From IMG/VR virus record IMGVR_UViG_3300039216_000097, positions 1 to 42,204 of that record: a stretch of DNA of 42,204 bases, one strand, 5' to 3'. Source of the stretch: a virus (Duplodnaviria; Caudoviricetes). Positions 17,317 through 25,796 of the stretch are shown here, one piece after another. The notes under the pieces were generated by a model. That model did no database searches, was not told the DNA's origin, and was given only the letters and a program-made list of their open reading frames with translations. The translations under genes and the position numbers were made by a program. Position 1 is the first letter of the stretch, and each line of letters begins with the position of its first letter.

Positions 17317-18208
17317 TCTCGGCCTCCAGATTCAAACGATACGGCGATTCCGCGCGTAACCAGAGATTTCTTGCACGGGCCGCTTGGCGACCTTCCTTTG
17401 TGTTCAGCCAAAGCTCAGCTTGCTCCAGAAAGAAGTCAAAAAGCCTTTGAAAGATCCAACGCTTCCACCGGCAGGTTTTGATTTCCTCGGCGGTGCGCTC
17501 GCCCCAGCGCGCGTAAGCTGCCAGCAACGCTGGACCATACCATCGCTGCGTAAACGAGACTTGCAGCCATAGCCGAACCAAAATCGTTCTCGGATTCTCC
17601 CAACCACCAAAAAGCTCTGCGGCAATCCAGCAGAACTTGGCTCCAGCCCCACCTGCAAATGCCGTTCCTGCGCTCATCAAACCACTTGTCAGTTCATCCT
17701 CAAAATCAGGGGTTTGCGCGGCGCCCTGTGCGGTGTTGAGAGATCCAGTTTGCGCTCCCAATTCCTGACTGTTCAGGGTTGATTCCATTTTGGCCGGCTC
17801 TTCGCTGGCGCTCAAAACCGACTTGTTATAATCCGCCCCAGAACTGATGCGGCTGGCGTTATTCTGCGCCTGCTGCTGCATCAGGTTGCGCGTGTTGGCC
17901 TCGTTCGCTGCCTGCCCGGCGGCAATGCCGCCTGAGGCATTCTGGCCGGTCCGCACCGCCTGCGACTGCATCTGTTGATTGGCCGCCTGGCTCGCCGCAT
18001 CCGCGGTGTTAGCTGTGGCCTGGTTCTGTGCGGTTTGCAATTGACCACCTTGGCCGTAAGGGTTCGCCGCGGCAAACTGTGAAAGCTGGTTTTCATAATT
18101 GCTGATGTCGCCCTGGGCAGAGTTGTAACTCTGCTGCGCATTGTTCGCCGCCGTCGCGTTTTGCGAGGTTGAGGTGTTAAAAACTTGATTTTCCTGCCCT
18201 CGGCTCAT
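17306..18208 (-). CDS. Small ejection/pilot protein with C-terminal CWIAAELFG domain
   Basis: Q/N/A-rich body; CAGGAG RBS before ATG 18208; distinct basic/aromatic C-terminal domain. Confidence 0.6.
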   Translation of the reverse strand: MSRGQENQVFNTSTSQNATAANNAQQSYNSAQGDISNYENQLSQFAAANPYGQGGQLQTAQNQATANTADAASQAANQQMQSQAVRTGQNASGGIAAGQAANEANTRNLMQQQAQNNASRISSGADYNKSVLSASEEPAKMESTLNSQELGAQTGSLNTAQGAAQTPDFEDELTSGLMSAGTAFAGGAGAKFCWIAAELFGGWENPRTILVRLWLQVSFTQRWYGPALLAAYARWGERTAEEIKTCRWKRWIFQRLFDFFLEQAELWLNTKEGRQAARARNLWLRAESPYRLNLEAENVG

Positions 18209-18222
18209 GGTCCGCTCCTGGT

Positions 18223-18657
18223 TCACAGCATTCTGAAAAAATGGGCCAATCCTTGGTCGAGCCGGGTCAAGCCATAGCTTTCAAGCCGTTGGCGGTGTTC
18301 GTCAGACACGCGCTGAGGCGGCACAAATATATGTACATCATCGTATCCCATTCGGCGCAACATATCGAAGGCTAAAGGGATGTGCCCGGCATCAAACTCC
18401 ATATCCTCTCGACCGCCGCCAAAGTGCATCGCCTCGATGGTACGCAAAAACACCGTGCCGCTCCGCACTCGTCCATCCCGTTCGGTTGTCAGCGCCAACG
18501 GCACATTCTGAAGCAATTGCGCAAATCCAGGCGTTCCCTCGGCCAGATTGAAGACCGGCGGAAACGGATACTTCGTTCCGTCGCGCCGGTTCTGCGCCGC
18601 GGCAATCTGCCACAGCGTCACCAGGTCTCCGGGCTCCATGTTGCGAACGATCCTCAT
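18223..18657 (-). CDS. GNAT-like virion assembly protein
   Basis: VRNMEPGDL N-terminus and LE.YGL C-terminus fit a GNAT fold; occupies the slot before ejection genes (cf. P22 gp14 / T7 gp13). Confidence 0.45.
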   Translation of the reverse strand: MRIVRNMEPGDLVTLWQIAAAQNRRDGTKYPFPPVFNLAEGTPGFAQLLQNVPLALTTERDGRVRSGTVFLRTIEAMHFGGGREDMEFDAGHIPLAFDMLRRMGYDDVHIFVPPQRVSDEHRQRLESYGLTRLDQGLAHFFRML

Positions 18658-19010
18658 TTTGCAGAAACCTTTACGACCTGAGCCCCATGCCGTTGGGCAT
18701 GTTTATCCATTCGCTCGTGGTGGCCTGACAGTTGCGTCAATATTTTGTTTGCCTCTTCCCGCGGGATCACCTCTTTACCGTCGGCGTCGCGCAGCACCCC
18801 TTCCGCATCCAGTTTCCATGCTCTCGTTATCGCTTGGCCGCAGTGCGGACAACTTTCTCCATCGGCTCCCGTGCCCAGTTGGATGCTCAGTTGATAGCGC
18901 GCCGGCGCACCCTCCAAAGAAGAGCTGTTGCGATCGATAAAAAAAAAGTGGTGCATCCCATGCGCTTTGTCAACTGTTCCGTTGGGATGACCTTCAATTT
19001 CCCATGCCAT
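18654..19010 (-). CDS. Hypothetical protein with a CPHC motif
   Basis: AAGGAG RBS; ATGA coupling to the next gene. Confidence 0.65.
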   Translation of the reverse strand: MAWEIEGHPNGTVDKAHGMHHFFFIDRNSSSLEGAPARYQLSIQLGTGADGESCPHCGQAITRAWKLDAEGVLRDADGKEVIPREEANKILTQLSGHHERMDKHAQRHGAQVVKVSAK

Positions 19011-19021
19011 TGTGCTTCTCC

Positions 19022-19828
19022 TTAAACGTTCGTCATCCGGCCACCGTTACCGCCATCGGCGCCGCCTCCACCAGAGACGCCACTGCCCACGGTCACTGCT
19101 CCAACTGGAACCTCTCCATCGTCCAAGGCATCGGCCAGTGTCGAGTGCAGTGTGTAATTCGATCCGTTATAAGTTACAAACTGCTTACTGCCCCCAGTCA
19201 CATTCAGAAGCGTGGCTCCAGGTAGAACGCTTTGCGTGCTGCCTTTTACGGCGGCTGCGTTGCTCAGGCTTCCACCGCTTCCAGATACTTGAATGTATGG
19301 GCTTGAACCCGCCAAGTTGCTGCTCACCGTGGCAAAATTCGTCTGATTAAAAGCTCCGCCATTGTTGGTTGCCGCGCTCGACACCAACCCGGAACTCACA
19401 GCGCTTTGTCCGTGCAATGTCGGTTCATTGAAAACCTTTTTGTTATAACTTGAACTCACCCTAAAAAAAAGTTTCTGATCGGTTCTGTTGATCGTCACGT
19501 TATTGGCTGTGGTCAAAGCCTCCTGCTGAACTCCACTCGTGAATCCCTTCACCGGAGAAGATTCAATCTTATGGTAGATCGTTCCGGCGCCGCTTGTTTC
19601 TGCCGGAGTTACATTTACAGAATAAACACCATTTCCCCCGCTCACGCTTAAAGACGACTTTGGGGGAATAGCCGCATTGCTGGTCTTTGTCGAGCTTGCG
19701 ATTCCCAAGGCGTTTTGCGACTTCGTGTCATTCGAGCTTAGCTGCTGCAGCAACGTCCTTAAGTCGTTTTTGTTGCCAGCGATCGCGCTTTCAATCAAGT
19801 CATAGTATTGTGGCGACGTGTTGCTCAT
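19022..19828 (-). CDS. Putative virion structural protein
   Basis: S/G/N-rich beta-type sequence within the tail module; translationally coupled. Confidence 0.55.
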   Translation of the reverse strand: MSNTSPQYYDLIESAIAGNKNDLRTLLQQLSSNDTKSQNALGIASSTKTSNAAIPPKSSLSVSGGNGVYSVNVTPAETSGAGTIYHKIESSPVKGFTSGVQQEALTTANNVTINRTDQKLFFRVSSSYNKKVFNEPTLHGQSAVSSGLVSSAATNNGGAFNQTNFATVSSNLAGSSPYIQVSGSGGSLSNAAAVKGSTQSVLPGATLLNVTGGSKQFVTYNGSNYTLHSTLADALDDGEVPVGAVTVGSGVSGGGGADGGNGGRMTNV

Positions 19829-20016
19829 CTTTCGCTCCGCTTCGAATAATCAGCTTCCACCAACAGCGCCGCAATCGCCCCTGCCTGGAATGCCTTCCAC
19901 TCCGGCATCTGATTTCTGCGAGACCAGTCGCCTGGATGCTCTGCTTTGAACCATTCCAAAAACTGGTCCCACAAAACAGGTTGATTGCTTTTCAGATCTG
20001 ATTTCTGTTCGCTCAT
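19825..20016 (-). CDS. 63-aa hypothetical protein
   Basis: ATGA overlaps on both sides; GGAAGGG RBS. Confidence 0.6.
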   Translation of the reverse strand: MSEQKSDLKSNQPVLWDQFLEWFKAEHPGDWSRRNQMPEWKAFQAGAIAALLVEADYSKRSER

Positions 20017-23000
20017 TTCCCTTCCAAGCCTCCGCGCGCCATCTTCACCGGGATGATGTAGACCGCTGCCTTTTTCAGACTAGCCCAAACATCTGGCTGT
20101 TTGCCGTTGTCGTAGCGCACCCGCCAGTATTCATCCGTTGCTCGATCCGGCTTGCGAGTGTAATCAACCGGCCCTTTTGGGTCCAGATCCATCGGCTGGC
20201 AGCGCAAAACACGCTTCGGGCCGCTGTTGTCGGTCATCGAAAGCCGTCCGGCCAAAAAACTTACATTGATGGGGCCATTGCCAACGCAACTGGTTACTAC
20301 CCCCTCGGGCTTGCAGGGCTTTTGCATCGCCTGGGTAGAGGTCGTCTCATAGACCCAGTCGATTCCAGCTCCGTTATCGTTGAAGCGCCCCGGCGTGCGC
20401 GCATTCACCGTGCCGCTCTCATCCGTGCTCGTATAGGCCAGTTGCGACACGTAAAAATCCGATGTCGTCTGCGAAAGCCCGTCCGCGCTCAGCGGCAGCG
20501 GCGGAGGGTTCGGTACGGTTCGATAGATGCGCTTGCAGATGTAGGCGGAAACGTCGTTAAAGCTCCAGCGGCGGCTGGCCTCTTGCGAGATCTCTTTCTG
20601 CGCAAAAGTCGAAAAATGGATTGGGTTCAGCCAGCCTTCCAAATAACTGAGGCAAAATTCCTTATTGGGAACCATCGAGTTGCCCACCGGGGCCTGGATG
20701 CGCACCGTGTGCGTGTCGTCGTCAATCGCCACAGAGATCGTGGTGGCGGCCGCCCAGTTGATCGTGCCCCACTCCCGCGGAATCTCCTTGGTCATCAGGT
20801 CCGGCGTGGTCTCATCGAACTTATAAAACCCTGTCCGATGCACAAAGCCGATGAATTGCCCGTTTTGCGCAAATGCGCGCGGCCCGCAAGGCCCCACTCC
20901 ATTTCCTTGATCGCCGCTCCAGCGCGCTTTGGCGTCCCAGCTTGACGGCGCCCCAACGCCCGGCGTCAAAACTATCCCTGAACGCTCCCGCATCGCGTAA
21001 ATCTGATTCCGATATTCCAACAACCCCCAGCAGTTCTCTCCGGAATTGGTTGTGATGGGCAGCGCGCTGGTCGAGGCGTCGAAGCTCTCATAATCTCCAG
21101 CCAGCGAGATCACCGGCCCGCTGGTGTAACCAGGAACCCCGCAGATGCTCACCCGGTTGCACGTCATCAGGTAATCCACGCGCACACCGGCGGGCGGAGC
21201 CATCAGCGTCAACCTGTCGGTGGTGTTATTTCCCTCGGTTCCCGCATCGATTTCTCCGGTCAAGTATTCGTCGGTGAAGTTGAAGGTTCCCGAGGTTGTT
21301 GCATTGTCCAAAAAAACCGTTGGAATGATGGTGATGCTATCCGATTGAAAGCTGTTCGGATAGATCTGGTTTTGCGTTGGAACCTGGAGATCGACCAGAC
21401 CAATCCAGGCAAAGGGGCCATCTTGCGTGCCATCAGCCACAGTCCAATTGATTAGTCTGCCGATGATGTTCTGTGGCCCGGTTGCGACTTTAAAAACACA
21501 TATTTCCCAGCCATCTTCATCCACAATATACTGAGATACCGCTGCCGGCGTAAACCCTGAAATCGTCTCGTTGCGGTTCATCCAAGCTGGCACCGCAAAG
21601 CGGTATCCCTGCGTTCCGTTGATCCCACCGTCGGCCGTGTCTGCAACAATGTTGCCGCCTGGGCCGGTTCCATTTACGGTCACCGGAGAGCTTCCGGTCG
21701 CCGTTTTCAAAATAAATAAAATGTCGGTCACGTTATAAGCGCCGACCTTTGCATAAGCATTGATGGGAGGTTCCGTTGCTCCATTGGCCACATCCGCTTC
21801 ATACACGTTGATAATGGAAATCTGCGGATAATTTACCACCGCGGAGAGCGTTACTTCCACCGCGTCGTTGGCCACCGTATCGATAATCGAGTTAGAAGGT
21901 CCAAGCGGCGTTTCACCAATTGAATTCGAGTAGCTGAGTCGCACCCAGACATCGCGGCCAGCTGGGAAACTACCCTGTGGCAAAGTGGCTGTGTTCGTCT
22001 TGGGTGGGTAGGTGCCACTCGACGGAAAAGATGTGATAATCACAGTCGAACCCAGTGCGTACCTGCCATAAAGTTGAAATTGGTCGCTCGTGGGCGGTGT
22101 CGAGCCATAAGAAACCGATTTCACGTAGACATTCACACCGGTTACAGTCGTGCCATAACTGCTGGCCAGCGAAAGCTCCACGGCCTGACCTGCCGCGACC
22201 GTTGTAATATTCGATATAGATCCGGCAGTTGTCTCACCATATGAATTGGTCAGAGTCAACAAAACGTAAACGGTCTGATTGGTTGAGAAATCTCCGCCAC
22301 TCGCAAGTTCCAGAGTGGGCGCGCCTGGCACCGGCACTGTGCTGCCCGCTGGCACGCGCGCAATCACCGCTTCAGTAATTGGCGTGGGCAATTGCCCCGG
22401 CGTGATGCGCGCGGAGTTCAAAGTTGGAATTGTGGTTCCCGCGGCGGTTCCCGTGATCGTGTGATTTGTCCCAAGCGGCACATCGGTTGCCGCTTGCAAA
22501 TAAGATGATTGAGCCGGAGATGAAGCGCCAAATGCCACGTCTGCTTCGTAGATATTCACTCCGGTAATTGCATACGGAGATACCAAATCTGAAAGCCATC
22601 CGGCCAGCGCAGCCAGCGCAGGCACACTGACCTGCACTCCCTGCCCAGATCCTGTGGTGCTGATCGATGCCACAATCCCCGCCACCGTCTCGCCCATGCC
22701 ATTCACGAAGGTCAGCAAAACGTAGATGGTTCGATCGGCAGCAAACGCTCCACCACCTACCAATGTGAGCACGGGCGCCGGCGGAAACGGAATGCGGTCG
22801 GCGATGACCATTGTCTGCTCTTTCCACGTCACAGGCGTCAGACCAGCGGCAATCTGCGCTGCGGAGAGCGCTTCTGTGACTTCCGCGCCCTCTGCGCGCG
22901 ATCGTTGGGCCGATCCCGCCACAACCGTGGTATCAACAGGCCATGCCGGTTCATTTGGTCCGGTATAACCCAGGTTCTGCGCCTGATAGGTATGACCGTT

Positions 23001-23603
23001 GCCCTGCTGTCCGCTGTTCGAAATCGATGGGCAAGCAACTTCCTGCGCATAGACAATCGTTGTCGGCAGCCAATACCAGCCAAAGGGCTTCATACCCAGC
23101 GGATCGTATTTGAGCGTTTTTGGATTGTAGACCGAGCATCCCGCTGACGGTGTGGTCAGCGGCGCCGCGCCCGTCGCAAACAGCGCGCTGGAATAGGCTG
23201 AAAAAACCAGATTCGATGTTTGAGTGTCGATCTTGTGGCTGTTCGCGGGCGGCGTAAACATGCCGACAGGAACCGGCTGCATCCGGCCAGTTCCCACCGG
23301 GTATTCACGCTCCAGCGTGCCCGTCATGCTAAAACGCAAAAGCTGCTGAAAAAATGGATCACCGGCAAATTCCGGCTCATACTGAAAGTCCCACAGGCCC
23401 GTACCCGGCGAAGGCAATCCTTGACAAATCAGGTTATTCCCCGCGCGCGTCGTGGCGGCCAGGCTGGAGCCGGTCGAGTCGCGCGTGAAGTCCGTGTTTT
23501 TGCAGACCGCGGCGCAGCCGGCGGGCAGGTTGGTAGGGTCATCCTGATCCACCTGCCCCAGCATACGGCTGATCTGTATCGCCGTGCCAGACCATTGCGG
23601 CAT
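20013..23603 (-). CDS. Tail hub/nozzle-like structural protein with inserted FN3-like repeats
   Basis: About 1200 aa, beta-rich, with a C-terminal GVGPCGP.A...GFVH.TG.Y.FD propeller-like pattern; located between adaptor and ejection genes (P22 gp10 / T7 gp12 slot). Start taken at ATG 23603 (GGAG RBS). Confidence 0.6.
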   Translation of the reverse strand: MPQWSGTAIQISRMLGQVDQDDPTNLPAGCAAVCKNTDFTRDSTGSSLAATTRAGNNLICQGLPSPGTGLWDFQYEPEFAGDPFFQQLLRFSMTGTLEREYPVGTGRMQPVPVGMFTPPANSHKIDTQTSNLVFSAYSSALFATGAAPLTTPSAGCSVYNPKTLKYDPLGMKPFGWYWLPTTIVYAQEVACPSISNSGQQGNGHTYQAQNLGYTGPNEPAWPVDTTVVAGSAQRSRAEGAEVTEALSAAQIAAGLTPVTWKEQTMVIADRIPFPPAPVLTLVGGGAFAADRTIYVLLTFVNGMGETVAGIVASISTTGSGQGVQVSVPALAALAGWLSDLVSPYAITGVNIYEADVAFGASSPAQSSYLQAATDVPLGTNHTITGTAAGTTIPTLNSARITPGQLPTPITEAVIARVPAGSTVPVPGAPTLELASGGDFSTNQTVYVLLTLTNSYGETTAGSISNITTVAAGQAVELSLASSYGTTVTGVNVYVKSVSYGSTPPTSDQFQLYGRYALGSTVIITSFPSSGTYPPKTNTATLPQGSFPAGRDVWVRLSYSNSIGETPLGPSNSIIDTVANDAVEVTLSAVVNYPQISIINVYEADVANGATEPPINAYAKVGAYNVTDILFILKTATGSSPVTVNGTGPGGNIVADTADGGINGTQGYRFAVPAWMNRNETISGFTPAAVSQYIVDEDGWEICVFKVATGPQNIIGRLINWTVADGTQDGPFAWIGLVDLQVPTQNQIYPNSFQSDSITIIPTVFLDNATTSGTFNFTDEYLTGEIDAGTEGNNTTDRLTLMAPPAGVRVDYLMTCNRVSICGVPGYTSGPVISLAGDYESFDASTSALPITTNSGENCWGLLEYRNQIYAMRERSGIVLTPGVGAPSSWDAKARWSGDQGNGVGPCGPRAFAQNGQFIGFVHRTGFYKFDETTPDLMTKEIPREWGTINWAAATTISVAIDDDTHTVRIQAPVGNSMVPNKEFCLSYLEGWLNPIHFSTFAQKEISQEASRRWSFNDVSAYICKRIYRTVPNPPPLPLSADGLSQTTSDFYVSQLAYTSTDESGTVNARTPGRFNDNGAGIDWVYETTSTQAMQKPCKPEGVVTSCVGNGPINVSFLAGRLSMTDNSGPKRVLRCQPMDLDPKGPVDYTRKPDRATDEYWRVRYDNGKQPDVWASLKKAAVYIIPVKMARGGLEGK

Positions 23604-23624
23604 TGGTTCGCTCCGCTCACAGTG

Positions 23625-23793
23625 GTCAGTTTTCAACTATCAGTGATCAGTCAAAATGCGGCCAGTTTGCTGTGAGTCTTATCTTGATTTTCCCTCAGTT
23701 ATTTCGCGCCGTTACGCGCACCGCAGGAAATCTCAACTCAGGGAGGCTTTGCTCGGTTCAACTGATCACTGACAACTGATCACTGACAACTGT
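23625..23793. repeat. Inverted heptamer-repeat arms enclosing an inner stem-loop
   Basis: TCAGTGATCAGT at 23640-23651 is the reverse complement of ACTGATCACTGA at 23761-23772; CAACTGATCACTGA is repeated in tandem. Confidence 0.7.
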
Positions 23794-23795
23794 TT

Positions 23796-24875
23796 CTACT
23801 GATGCACCGTCGGGCAGAGAATTTCCAGGGTCATCTCGCCATTCAAAATGGGGCTGACCCCGCTGCCGGAGTTCGCCAACGCTGGAACCGTGATAGCCGT
23901 GGCAGCCGAAATGGTGACTGGACCCGTGGTTGCCAAGGCGCGGCCATTCAGCACGCCGCCGCCCAAGGTTATTCCACTTACCGCCAGAATGTTGCCATTC
24001 ACGGTAGAGGTCGCCACAGACGTGAAGGCGCTCCCAGCCACAAAAACGACATTCGCAGCCTGGGCGCCGTTGACCAAAGCAATCGTCTGCCCGCTGGCCA
24101 GGTCGATGGTTGATCCGGCCACAAACACAAACGTGGCGTTGGGGTTGCCCTGCGCATCCAAGATGATGCCGGTAGGCATCGTCAAACCAGCCGAGCCCAC
24201 ATAAACGCCGGGCGTATATGTCGAAGCGCTCGACCCGTTGCCGCCGGTGCTGAGGTTGCTCAAGCCAGAGAGCGTGGCGGTCAATCCCTGATAATACGTG
24301 ATCGCAGCCGTCAGCGCGGTCTGCGCGGCCTGTGCGCCTGCATTATTCACCGCTGCCGGCGCGGTCAAAACGCCGGGTGGGAAACCCGTCTCGGTCGCCG
24401 TGGCATACGATCCGATGTTGCCGCCGGTGACAACCGTATTCCCGCTGTTGGTGATGCCCGCCGAGGCCAGCACCGCAAAGGCCGCGGCCACCCCCAACTG
24501 TGTTGCAACCGGGGAGGGGGTGGGTAATACCGAGGCGTTCGAATAGGGCGTGTTGGCGGCAAATTCAACTCCTCCAGGATTGAACATCCGCAGATAGAAG
24601 TTCGTCTGCGCGGCCAATCCGCTGCCGGTTACCACGCGCTGGATCTGCCCATAGTAGCCGTCCAGCCACTCGTTCAAAATGTACGGCGTCACGGGCGGCG
24701 GCGCCTGTGTCGGGTTGTTGAGCGGAACCTGCACCAGCACTTGCGGGTCTGCAATGTTTGTCAGCGGTATCAGGTCACCCCCCGCCGGATAGATCCCGGA
24801 GAAGTTGACCTTCACGATGTTCCGATCCGGATTGGTGGCCGGACTCGTCTGTAACAACGTCAATCCCAGACTCAT
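23796..24875 (-). CDS. Putative virion protein containing an ice-binding-like DUF3494 beta-solenoid domain
   Basis: LG.AA.FAVLA..GITNSG.TVV.G.IG, TPGVY, ILDAQGNPNA.FVF, L.NGAQA.NV.F..GS, GNILA...ITL, LNGRALA.TG.VT. AAGGAG RBS. No signal peptide. Confidence 0.88.
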   Translation of the reverse strand: MSLGLTLLQTSPATNPDRNIVKVNFSGIYPAGGDLIPLTNIADPQVLVQVPLNNPTQAPPPVTPYILNEWLDGYYGQIQRVVTGSGLAAQTNFYLRMFNPGGVEFAANTPYSNASVLPTPSPVATQLGVAAAFAVLASAGITNSGNTVVTGGNIGSYATATETGFPPGVLTAPAAVNNAGAQAAQTALTAAITYYQGLTATLSGLSNLSTGGNGSSASTYTPGVYVGSAGLTMPTGIILDAQGNPNATFVFVAGSTIDLASGQTIALVNGAQAANVVFVAGSAFTSVATSTVNGNILAVSGITLGGGVLNGRALATTGPVTISAATAITVPALANSGSGVSPILNGEMTLEILCPTVHQ

Positions 24876-24970
24876 GATGCTCTCCTTAAAGTTGATTTGT
24901 CCGGCCAGGGTCTTGCCTTCGCTACATCAACTATCGGCTGTCTGCTGTCGGCTGCGGCGTTTTGCGCCGA

Positions 24971-25708
24971 TCACCACCAGTTCCACCCGCAGCCGCGCGC
25001 GCGCTGCGCGTTCGATCCGGCCCGCGCGGTCACACCCTGCTTTTGGAGCACAATCTTGGCCACAATGTCGTCCGCCGCGGCCTCGCACTCCGCCAGCATG
25101 GCCTGATAGCTTGGGTTGCCCGCTTCCACGCCGATCAGTGGAATTGTGCCCGCCGTCAAACAGACCTCCATGTCGGGGTCTACCACCAGCACATCTTCGT
25201 CCTTCACCAGCGCTGGAGGGTTGAACCGGCCGTCAACCAAAATGTCGATGCGGTTATTCATCGGCGTCACAAACAGTTGGTTGCCGCGCCAGCACCAGTT
25301 CATGCCGCCGCCAAAGAACCCGCCTCCCGAGTAGGCCCCTGGCACCGCCATACCTGGCAAAATCGTCTTCACCTCGCGCGCTTCGCGGTAGCTGCGCTCC
25401 CGGCTGCCGGCCAGCTTCCACCAGATGTACAGTGGCTCGTACATCCCGTAAAGCGGTTTTTCCTTTTGCTGATAAACGGCCAGTGAGGTCAACCCCTGGT
25501 TTGTCGGGTTTACGTCGGAGTCCATTGCGTTCGGGATCTCCACCATCTGTTCCAGGTTCGTCCCAGTCGAGCGCTTGATGTAAAGCGTCTGACGGCGATA
25601 GGCAAAGTTGATCTTTGGCCCAAGATAGCCCTCTTTCAGCCATCCGTTCGGATCATCGTCTCCGATGATCGATCGCACCGTCTCTTTCACATCAAAATAC
25701 GTGTTCAC
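24971..25708 (-). CDS. Putative head-tail adaptor
   Basis: Helical N-terminus (VR.IIGDD....W......INFAYRR), about 245 aa, located between capsid and hub genes. Confidence 0.55.
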   Translation of the reverse strand: MNTYFDVKETVRSIIGDDDPNGWLKEGYLGPKINFAYRRQTLYIKRSTGTNLEQMVEIPNAMDSDVNPTNQGLTSLAVYQQKEKPLYGMYEPLYIWWKLAGSRERSYREAREVKTILPGMAVPGAYSGGGFFGGGMNWCWRGNQLFVTPMNNRIDILVDGRFNPPALVKDEDVLVVDPDMEVCLTAGTIPLIGVEAGNPSYQAMLAECEAAADDIVAKIVLQKQGVTARAGSNAQRARGCGWNWW

Positions 25709-25743
25709 CGTTTACTCCGACTTGTAGCGTCGCCATCTGAACA

Positions 25744-25779
25744 GTCTGTGGCGCTGGCATCCCTGCCAGCGCCACAGAC
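25744..25779. repeat. Perfect 16-bp inverted repeat (REP-like hairpin)
   Basis: GTCTGTGGCGCTGGCA-TCCC-TGCCAGCGCCACAGAC; the loop reads GGGA on the transcribed strand. Confidence 0.8.
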
Positions 25780-25796
25780 CTTTACAGACAACTGTA

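Noticed and set aside
23735-23756. GCAAAGCCTCC on the - strand resembling a c-di-GMP-I riboswitch
   Set aside because: The upstream GGCAAAC / GAAA-tetraloop P2 stem and the downstream conserved elements are absent.
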